This document shows positions 24,689-30,472 of a DNA stretch of 44,982 nucleotides, in pieces. Source of the DNA: a virus. The stretch covers positions 1 through 44,982 of the IMG/VR virus record IMGVR_UViG_3300045988_064885, one strand, 5' to 3'. Numbering within the stretch: the stretch's first letter is position 1; every line of letters starts with the position of its first letter. The notes beneath the pieces are model-generated. The model ran no database searches, was not told where the DNA came from, and saw nothing but the letters and a program-made list of their open reading frames with translations. The position numbers were made by a program, and so were the translations under genes.

Positions 24689-24853
24689 ATGCCTAAATTT
24701 ATTGGAGACAGCAAAGTACCAGTTATGGAATTCTGTGAGTATTGTTGGGAAGTGCTTAATGAAGATGGTACTTGCCCTACACCAGGGTGTATCCATAATG
24801 ATCTAATGGACGAGGAGCACAAAGATGAAACTACCGGTTCTACACAACCTTGA
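24689..24853 (+). CDS. Small Cys4 zinc-ribbon-like protein (54 aa), unknown function
   Basis: ATG follows AAGGAGG at 7-nt spacing. Cys pairs occur in CEYC and CPTPGC. The ORF is absent from the supplied track because it is under 60 aa. Confidence 0.45.
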   Translation: MPKFIGDSKVPVMEFCEYCWEVLNEDGTCPTPGCIHNDLMDEEHKDETTGSTQP

Positions 24854-25163
24854 TGCAATCAAAGGGGAAGTGATTTCTCTAAATATTGGGTATAACAATC
24901 TTGTTGAAGAGGCAAATCTCTTTGCTTGTGTTCGTAAGTGTCCATACGACGAAGAATATAAAGTGAAGTTTAGTATCGACGTCTCTACTGATGCTTTGAA
25001 AGACGATGAAGCTTGTAAAATCACTCTTTCTTTAGATACAAATATGCTCGAAGCTGGTAAATACCAATGGGATTTGTTCTTATGGAACGGCGACCGGCCT
25101 ATTAAATGCCTTGTTAAGGGTCAAGTTAATGTAATCGAAGGTATCAGTAATAGGGGGAAATGA
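24825..25163 (+). CDS. Hypothetical virion-associated protein
   Basis: A 112-aa ORF overlapping the preceding small ORF and coupled to the collagen-like gene. Confidence 0.5.
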   Translation: MKLPVLHNLDAIKGEVISLNIGYNNLVEEANLFACVRKCPYDEEYKVKFSIDVSTDALKDDEACKITLSLDTNMLEAGKYQWDLFLWNGDRPIKCLVKGQVNVIEGISNRGK

Positions 25164-25164
25164 T

Positions 25165-26457
25165 ATGAGCGAAGAAAACGTGTATTTGAAACCTTCTCCT
25201 GTTGATAGCATCCGCATCAAAGACAGTGTTGAAAATATTAAAGTCAAAGACAATATGCAGCTTGTTAAGTTACAAGGCCCTAAAGGCGACCCTGGTCCTA
25301 AAGGTGAACCTGGTAAAGATGGAAAGCCTTTTACTTATGATATGTTCACCGCTGAGCAATTAGCATCACTTAAAGGTCCTAAAGGCGACCCAGGCCCTCC
25401 TGGACCTCCAGGTTCTGGTGGTGGCACTGGTGGAGGAAATGTCGATTTATCGGCTTACGCTACTAAAAAAGAGTTAGATAATTATTTATCTAGAACAGAC
25501 GCCAATAACCATTATGCTCAAAAGGGCTGGGCGTCTCAAACGTTTGCTTATAAAAATGATTTAGGTAGTTTTATTAGAAAAAACGAGATTGGGCAATATG
25601 CGTTAACGCCTGGCGATGCGGCTAGCCGTTATGTTAACAAAATAGAGGGGCGATCCTTTGTTAAGTATTCCAATTTAAATGACTATGTAAAGAAATCTGA
25701 AATAAGTCAGTATATATCAAGGGTACCTGCAGAAACTGCATATCGTACCTTGTTAAGCGGAAATATATGGTGTGATAGTGCTAACGTTGATGATGTACTT
25801 ACTGCTTTAATTGGCAATATGGGTAAGCCATTTCCTCGGACTGAATTTAAGCCATTGACTATTCCAAGCGTAACCAAAGGTCAACAGGTGGTAACAGTAA
25901 CAGGTGAACCTCATTACAGTGTTAAGGTAGTTGGTAACGACACACCTTTCACGCTAGACAGTACTGGAGCTTGCACTATTACAATTCCACCTCTAGGCGA
26001 AGATGATATAAAACTCACTTATCACAATTTCACAGGTGCAAAAGTTGCAGAATACAAAATTGCTGGTGTTCAAACTGATGCAGTTGCTGATGAAGAATAT
26101 ACCGAAAATGGCATTGTATACAAACGCTATGGGGATATCTTGAAAATGAATATTTCAAATAATACAGTTAGAGGCAATTTCAAAGATAACCCTAAGAATT
26201 GGAATGTTACGAAAAAGGTAATTTATGCCAATAGACCAGCAACGCTTAATTTAGGCGATAACTGGAACAGCTACGGCCCTTATTATATTGAAACGCCTGA
26301 AAATATAACATTTAAAGGATTTAACAACCTTATGCGGCTAACAGTCACTACAGCAACACAGGGGGCACAAACGATGGCCTTTAATTTGAATACCATTGAA
26401 TGGGATGCGGCTAACAGTCACTACAGCAACACAGGGGACTACAACACTGGATTATAA
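25165..26457 (+). CDS. Collagen-like repeat protein; probable second tail fibre / side fibre
   Basis: Gly-X-Y tracts are QGPKGDPGPKGEPGKDGKP and KGPKGDPGPPGPPGSGGG, followed by a roughly 330-aa globular region. Confidence 0.75.
   Translation: MSEENVYLKPSPVDSIRIKDSVENIKVKDNMQLVKLQGPKGDPGPKGEPGKDGKPFTYDMFTAEQLASLKGPKGDPGPPGPPGSGGGTGGGNVDLSAYATKKELDNYLSRTDANNHYAQKGWASQTFAYKNDLGSFIRKNEIGQYALTPGDAASRYVNKIEGRSFVKYSNLNDYVKKSEISQYISRVPAETAYRTLLSGNIWCDSANVDDVLTALIGNMGKPFPRTEFKPLTIPSVTKGQQVVTVTGEPHYSVKVVGNDTPFTLDSTGACTITIPPLGEDDIKLTYHNFTGAKVAEYKIAGVQTDAVADEEYTENGIVYKRYGDILKMNISNNTVRGNFKDNPKNWNVTKKVIYANRPATLNLGDNWNSYGPYYIETPENITFKGFNNLMRLTVTTATQGAQTMAFNLNTIEWDAANSHYSNTGDYNTGL
26332..26364 (+). repeat. 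33-bp perfect direct repeat, copy 1 (ATGCGGCTAACAGTCACTACAGCAACACAGGGG)
   Basis: Identical to 26405-26437. The offset is 73 bp, so the two copies are read in different frames of the same ORF. Confidence 0.9.
26405..26437 (+). repeat. 33-bp perfect direct repeat, copy 2
   Basis: Identical to 26332-26364. Confidence 0.9.
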
Positions 26458-26656
26458 TTAACCAAACCACAAGGGGGAACACATGCAAGAATTAACTGAT
26501 TTTACGGAAACAGAGTAAGGGGGTGCATATCTCATCTGGACATGGCAGTTTCAATTAGATGATATTTTAACTACGCTTACGATCGTAGGTGTAGTTGCGG
26601 GGGCGGGGTACAGACTACTGATTATCCCGCTACTCGAAAAACTGGACCTTCAAAGG

Positions 26657-26872
26657 ATGCAAGATAATTTGATGTTTCAGGAAAAAATGGGCGTGCTTAC
26701 CGATACGTTGAAAGACTTAAAAGATGAAATTAAGCTATCACGTGAACAACGCACAAAAGCCTATACTGAACACGTGAAGCTAACATCTCGTGTCGATGGC
26801 ATCGAAGCCCGTGTTGATGATATTAAGGAGGAGTTACATGAACATACCACCAAATCTCATCAATACAGTTAA
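26657..26872 (+). CDS. XhlA-like coiled-coil lysis-associated protein (putative)
   Basis: The coiled-coil segment LKDLKDEIKLSREQRTKAYTEHVKLTSRVDGIEARVDDIKEEL sits directly upstream of the holin and amidase, as in PBSX xhlA-xhlB-xlyA. The in-frame upstream region encodes a TM-like helix but has no canonical start. Confidence 0.45.
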   Translation: MQDNLMFQEKMGVLTDTLKDLKDEIKLSREQRTKAYTEHVKLTSRVDGIEARVDDIKEELHEHTTKSHQYS

Positions 26873-27170
26873 AAAATCATACCAATCTGTAAGGGTGGCT
26901 AACATCCGCCCTACAGGCGTATTCGCTACACGGGCGCTAGTATTTATTATGCTAGTGCCTATTTTATTGGTAATAACTCAGTATGTTATGTCATTTGTTA
27001 GCGGGTACGTATCTGACGAGGCGAACAAGCTGATTAATGTAGGGCTTAATATCATAGATCATATATTCGTCCCTAGCGTATTAATGGCTGTTGTAGGCTT
27101 CTTAGGGCTTTGGCTAGACAAGAACAATAATGGCATTCCAGATAAATTAGAAGAGGAGGATAAACGATGA
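26838..27170 (+). CDS. Holin (two predicted TM helices, charged C-terminus)
   Basis: ATG 26838 follows AAGGAGGAG. TM-like segments are ALVFIMLVPILLVITQYVMSFV and FVPSVLMAVVGFLGLWL. The C-terminus is DKLEEEDKR. It overlaps the amidase start. Confidence 0.6.
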   Translation: MNIPPNLINTVKKSYQSVRVANIRPTGVFATRALVFIMLVPILLVITQYVMSFVSGYVSDEANKLINVGLNIIDHIFVPSVLMAVVGFLGLWLDKNNNGIPDKLEEEDKR

Positions 27171-27685
27171 AAGTTTTTATTAATCCCGGACATGATATTA
27201 ATTTAGATAGTGGCGCGGTTAACCCTGTATATGGTACTCGTGAATGTGATGTGGCCCGTGATGCGGGCAAAATGTTAGCTCGCTATTTGGAAACAGCAGG
27301 ATGTGAAGTCCGTACTCTACAAGATGATGATTTAGGTCTAGTATGTTCTGAATCTGATTCTTGGGGCGCAGATATCTTCGTATCGCTTCATTGTAATGCG
27401 TTTAACACGGAAGCTCGAGGAACTGAAACACTGTATAAGTCCTTTAATGGTCAACGATTGGCCAATGATATTCAAAGCCAAATCATCCGAAGCATTAATA
27501 CAGTTGATCGTGGTGTTAAAAAACGCGATGACCTTTGGGTACTAAATGGTACGGATGCAACTGCAGTATTGGTTGAAATGGCATTCATTGATAACGAAGA
27601 TGACCATGCTATGTTGACTAATGATTTAGCCACTATCGTTCGTGCCATTGCTAGGGGAATTACTGACTACGCAGGAGGGGTATAA
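27167..27685 (+). CDS. Endolysin: N-acetylmuramoyl-L-alanine amidase (Amidase_3 type)
   Basis: The series INPGHD...DSGAV...E...FVSLHCNA...GTE...VLVEMAFIDNEDD is characteristic of Amidase_3 zinc amidases. Confidence 0.85.
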   Translation: MKVFINPGHDINLDSGAVNPVYGTRECDVARDAGKMLARYLETAGCEVRTLQDDDLGLVCSESDSWGADIFVSLHCNAFNTEARGTETLYKSFNGQRLANDIQSQIIRSINTVDRGVKKRDDLWVLNGTDATAVLVEMAFIDNEDDHAMLTNDLATIVRAIARGITDYAGGV

Positions 27686-28086
27686 TGTATGACAAAATCA
27701 AAGTTTTACTTACTAACCCTACTTACCGCTATTTTATTATCGGTGGTATTGGGGTCCTCATCTGCCTTTGCCTCGGATATATCTTCTATCAGCCAAGCGG
27801 AACCGACTATCAGCGTACCCTTAACACAGTGGAACGAATTGAAAGCCAACAACGGGAAAGCCTTGAGCATAATCGAAGCGTCCAACGTTCCATTGACAGA
27901 AGCGCAGACTATAGCCGTGAAGCAAAAGAACGAGTTGACCGAAGCACACAATACAATCAACAAATTGGAGAGCGAATTGATGCAAGCCAAGCTTCAATCA
28001 ATGAAGCAAGAGGTTACCTTGAACGAAATGCAGAACTCTTTGACCGAATTGAAAGGGCAAATAGAGAACGACAAGAAAACCATTAA
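27685..28086 (+). CDS. i-spanin-like protein (N-terminal TM plus coiled coil), frame A
   Basis: ATG 27685 lies 6 nt after GGAGG. The TM segment is YRYFIIGGIGVLICLCLGYIFY, followed by an R/E/Q-rich helical region. It comes immediately after the endolysin. Confidence 0.5.
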   Translation: MYDKIKVLLTNPTYRYFIIGGIGVLICLCLGYIFYQPSGTDYQRTLNTVERIESQQRESLEHNRSVQRSIDRSADYSREAKERVDRSTQYNQQIGERIDASQASINEARGYLERNAELFDRIERANRERQENH

Positions 28087-28162
28087 ACGCTTGCGGATGC
28101 AACGCAACTTTTCTCAAATGTTAGGTGGCGGTGCAATTATAGGGGTAGCTTTTAAACATTAA
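27689..28162 (+). CDS. Secreted coiled-coil protein with a C-terminal hydrophobic tail, frame B (alternative or additional spanin-like product)
   Basis: ATG 27689 lies 10 nt after the same GGAGG. The signal-peptide-like segment is LLTLLTAILLSVVLGSSSAFA|SD. A coiled coil follows, and the C-terminus is MLGGGAIIGVAFKH. There is no lipobox Cys. Confidence 0.4.
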   Translation: MTKSKFYLLTLLTAILLSVVLGSSSAFASDISSISQAEPTISVPLTQWNELKANNGKALSIIEASNVPLTEAQTIAVKQKNELTEAHNTINKLESELMQAKLQSMKQEVTLNEMQNSLTELKGQIENDKKTIKRLRMQRNFSQMLGGGAIIGVAFKH

Positions 28163-28276
28163 GGAAGTGATCCATACATCTCCATAGCGTGTAATGGTGG
28201 ATACACGCAACTATCAACTATTAGTTGTCAGTTGTCAGTTGTAAAGTTCTTATTTATAACTTAATAGCATAATAAA

Positions 28277-28325
28277 GGCCTATCAGCTTAGAATAATATC
28301 TAGGTTGATAGGCTGTTTTTATTTT
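28277..28325 (+). terminator. Intrinsic terminator closing the late/lysis operon (T1)
   Basis: The stem is GGCCTATCAGC...GTTGATAGGCT with a conserved loop CTTAGAATAATATCTAGG, followed by TTTTTATTTTT. Confidence 0.65.
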
Positions 28326-28352
28326 TATTATGAAAGTTTAAAAATTGTTTAT

Positions 28353-28381
28353 TTGACTTATGCGAGTGCAAAATATATTAT
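28353..28381 (+). promoter_or_regulatory. Putative promoter of accessory cassette A (-35 TTGACT, 17 nt, -10 TATTAT)
   Basis: Hexamers at 28353-28358 and 28376-28381. Confidence 0.45.
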
Positions 28382-28410
28382 ATATGCAAGGGCATAAGTG
28401 AGGTGATAAG

Positions 28411-28584
28411 ATGGAAAAACGAATGGGTCGCCCACCCAAGCAAACTCAATCAAGAAATAAAAGCCTAAATATTAGACTAACTGATGCGGAGTTGAATATG
28501 ATTAATGGATGTGCTCAGCGATTAGGTATAAGTCGAACAGATGCTATTATTAAAGGAATTGAGTTGATTGAGCAAAAAAAATAA
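28411..28584 (+). CDS. Ribbon-helix-helix (CopG/Arc-like) small DNA-binding protein, 57 aa
   Basis: ATG follows GAGGTGA. SLNIRLTDAELNMINGCAQRLGISRTDAIIKGIELIEQ fits a beta-alpha-alpha RHH pattern. The ORF is absent from the supplied track because it is under 60 aa. Confidence 0.55.
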   Translation: MEKRMGRPPKQTQSRNKSLNIRLTDAELNMINGCAQRLGISRTDAIIKGIELIEQKK

Positions 28585-28695
28585 GACACAGCCACCGTGG
28601 AAAGTTACTGTGTCTTACAAGAGCGAGAACAATGTTCTCTATGAAATATTATATCATGAGTGCATTGTTCCTTTAAAGACTAAGGAGCTAAAATC

Positions 28696-29580
28696 ATGAA
28701 ACAATTAGTAGTAATTAATAATAATCAAATTGTTGTATCTAGTAAAGACCTAGCAGAACATTTTGGAAAACAACATAAGCATGTTATAGAAAATATAAGA
28801 GATATTTTATCAGCCGAAAATTCGGCCAATGAATTTTTCCATGAAGAATCATATTCTTACAATGGTAGACGGTTGCCAATGTATTTAATGAACCGTGATG
28901 GCTTTTCACTATTAGCCATGGGATTTACAGGCAAGAAAGCATTGCAATGGAAGTTAAAATATATTGAAGCTTTCAATGAAATGGAAGAAACATTAAAACA
29001 AGGCTATTTAGAAGAGCCTGTAAACACAAGTGAACTACATTGCAAGACATATAAAGGTGTACCTGTCATAACCATTGGTGATTTTGCAGAAATAGTAAAG
29101 AGAAATAGAACAAGTATTCTATGGCATTTAAAAGATAAAGGCTTGTCATATCAACTATTGGAAAAGGAAGAAGTAACTGCTTATAAGGAAGAAAATAACA
29201 TTCCTTTACATAGTGCTATTTCCAAACTAATTGTATTCACAGAATCTACGGCATATAAACTAACTTGTATTATGTACAATAATGCAGATCCTATTAATTT
29301 AGAAATTGCTAAATATTTTAATAGACAACCTGTAGCACCAGTTAAGTCTGTAGTAGCCATTGAAGAAAAAATAGGCATTGATTATGAAAGTGTTAAAGAA
29401 TACATAGAAGAAATGGAAACAAATATATCATTGATGAGAGGTATGGTGAAACATTTAACAGAGTTTAAACGTACAAGAGAAGAACAAACTTATCAAATGA
29501 AACTAATCCGTGAAATAGGGTTTAATATTTTTGATAATACGAGTGCGTTAGAAAGAGAAGTTATGAGTATTCTTAAGTAA
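28696..29580 (+). CDS. Rha-family phage regulatory protein (N-terminal Rha/KilA-N-like DNA-binding domain plus an unknown C-terminal domain)
   Basis: The N-terminal segment ISSKDLAEHFGKQHKHVIENIRDI...GRRLPMYLMNRDGFSLLAMGFTGKKALQWKLKYIEAFNEME is typical of the Phage_pRha domain. Confidence 0.7.
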   Translation: MKQLVVINNNQIVVSSKDLAEHFGKQHKHVIENIRDILSAENSANEFFHEESYSYNGRRLPMYLMNRDGFSLLAMGFTGKKALQWKLKYIEAFNEMEETLKQGYLEEPVNTSELHCKTYKGVPVITIGDFAEIVKRNRTSILWHLKDKGLSYQLLEKEEVTAYKEENNIPLHSAISKLIVFTESTAYKLTCIMYNNADPINLEIAKYFNRQPVAPVKSVVAIEEKIGIDYESVKEYIEEMETNISLMRGMVKHLTEFKRTREEQTYQMKLIREIGFNIFDNTSALEREVMSILK

Positions 29581-29610
29581 TAAAATAATTATTTACAACT
29601 GAAAAGCAAA

Positions 29611-29656
29611 AGAGCCTACTAACTTAGAAAATATCTAGGTTGGTAGGCTCTTTTTT
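29611..29656 (+). terminator. Intrinsic terminator T2, a paralogue of T1
   Basis: A 13-bp stem AGAGCCTACTAAC/GTTGGTAGGCTCT, the loop TTAGAAAATATCTAG, then TTTTTT. It is about 85% identical to T1 and carries a compensatory stem change. Confidence 0.7.
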
Positions 29657-29680
29657 GTTTGTAAAAATCAAAATAAATAC

Positions 29681-29709
29681 TTGACTTTATACACGATAAA
29701 GGGTATAAT
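29681..29709 (+). promoter_or_regulatory. Near-consensus promoter of accessory cassette B (-35 TTGACT, 17 nt, -10 TATAAT)
   Basis: Hexamers at 29681-29686 and 29704-29709. Confidence 0.6.
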
Positions 29710-29732
29710 ATAATTGTAAGGAGGTGATGATA

Positions 29733-29825
29733 GTGGACATAATAGAAAAGCTAACAAGTTTAGCAAATGCGCTGACGCCACTGGTACTGGCACTAGCAAT
29801 ACTAAAACTTGTTAGCAAGGAGTAG
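29733..29825 (+). CDS. Small hydrophobic peptide (30 aa), candidate membrane toxin/holin-like peptide
   Basis: GTG follows AAGGAGG at 8 nt; ATG 29727 is an in-frame alternative start. The product is VDIIEKLTSLANALTPLVLALAILKLVSKE. A GGCGGG/CCCGCC hairpin follows. Confidence 0.35.
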   Translation: MDIIEKLTSLANALTPLVLALAILKLVSKE

Positions 29826-29890
29826 TAAAAAGCAGGCGGGTGAAAGCCCCGCCACCTTTTCAACATCATTGTAAATCAACGAGGTGAATT

Positions 29891-29971
29891 ATGCAATATA
29901 TAGAATGGTTGATTAATATAGTAACTATTATTGTTTTGATATTAGCTGTTAAACGTTTAGTTAGAAGGTGA
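29891..29971 (+). CDS. Small hydrophobic peptide (26 aa), candidate type-I-toxin-like membrane peptide
   Basis: ATG follows GAGGTGA. The product is MQYIEWLINIVTIIVLILAVKRLVRR, a single TM with a basic tail. Its stop overlaps the next start (TGATG). Confidence 0.4.
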   Translation: MQYIEWLINIVTIIVLILAVKRLVRR

Positions 29972-30183
29972 TGAAATTGAAATTTGAATTAGATGATATA
30001 ATGACTACACAAGAAGCTGCAGAACGTTGGAATGTTACTGCTGATTCTCTTAAACAAAACTGTAGAGGTCGTGTGAAGAACGGATTTAAAGAAGGCGAGT
30101 TTAAGAAGTCGGGGAAAATGTGGCTAGTTACACGTCAAGGAATGGAAAGACTATACGGTGAAGAAGTGGATCGTTCTATATAA
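29971..30183 (+). CDS. Small helix-turn-helix DNA-binding protein adjacent to attP (possible excisionase/regulator)
   Basis: MTTQEAAERWNVTADSLKQN...KMWLVTRQGMERLYG resembles MerR/excisionase-type wHTH proteins. The track start GTG 29968 is also possible. Confidence 0.5.
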   Translation: MKLKFELDDIMTTQEAAERWNVTADSLKQNCRGRVKNGFKEGEFKKSGKMWLVTRQGMERLYGEEVDRSI

Positions 30184-30198
30184 TGGATATATTATATA

Positions 30199-30217
30199 TG
30201 ACATCATTTTGACATCA
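30199..30217 (+). repeat. Two direct TGACATCA repeats 11 bp apart (putative integrase arm-type sites, left arm of attP)
   Basis: Copies at 30199-30206 and 30210-30217. Confidence 0.5.
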
Positions 30218-30335
30218 ATTTATATAAAAATATAGTAAAATATACAACTATATATATATTAATAAAGTAGGTAACTACCGCATTTGTTGGTTTTGTAAAC
30301 GTGTTTTAAATGCCACGCCATCTTGAGGGGGTGGT

Positions 30336-30377
30336 GAGCGTATGCTCGTGAGGGTTCAAGTCCCTCCAACCGCACCA
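30336..30377 (+). tRNA. 3'-terminal fragment of a class II (long variable arm) tRNA ending in CCA; putative attP core
   Basis: Variable-arm hairpin GAGC-gtat-GCTC. T arm GAGGG-TTCAAGT-CCCTC. Acceptor 3' strand CAACCGC, discriminator A, then CCA. No matching 5' acceptor strand (GCGGTTG) occurs upstream, so this is not a complete gene. Confidence 0.6.
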
Positions 30378-30387
30378 AGCTGATTAA

Positions 30388-30425
30388 ATAAGGGCTTACA
30401 GGTAATTCTGTAAGCCCTTATTTTT
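30388..30425 (+). terminator. Intrinsic terminator directly after the tRNA fragment
   Basis: A 13-bp stem ATAAGGGCTTACA/TGTAAGCCCTTAT, an 8-nt loop, then a T-run. Confidence 0.65.
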
Positions 30426-30428
30426 ATT

Positions 30429-30472
30429 TGACATCATAAAGTCTTGCGTGGTTTGACATCATTTTGACATCA
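30429..30472 (+). repeat. Three direct TGACATCA repeats (putative integrase arm-type sites, right arm of attP)
   Basis: Copies at 30429-30436, 30454-30461 and 30465-30472. The last two are 11 bp apart, and the last one overlaps the int stop codon. Confidence 0.5.

Noticed and set aside
26332-26437. The 33-bp repeat pair as a template/variable repeat of a diversity-generating retroelement.
   Set aside because: The window has no reverse transcriptase gene. The copies are identical, with no adenine-specific differences, and are far shorter than typical TR/VR pairs.
27689-28162. Frame B as a classical o-spanin (Rz1-like lipoprotein).
   Set aside because: The signal-peptide-like N-terminus has no lipobox cysteine, and the product is much longer than typical o-spanins. 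It is kept only as a spanin-like or unknown secreted candidate.
28585-28616. The hairpin AGACACAG-N16-CTGTGTCT after the RHH gene as a terminator.
   Set aside because: It has no downstream T-run and a large loop, and the Rha gene that follows is most likely co-transcribed.
30285-30377. A complete tRNA gene or a tmRNA 3' end next to the integrase.
   Set aside because: No 5' acceptor strand (GCGGTTG) or convincing D or anticodon arm occurs upstream, so it is only a 3' fragment. The acceptor would lack the G3:U70 pair expected for tmRNA or tRNA-Ala.
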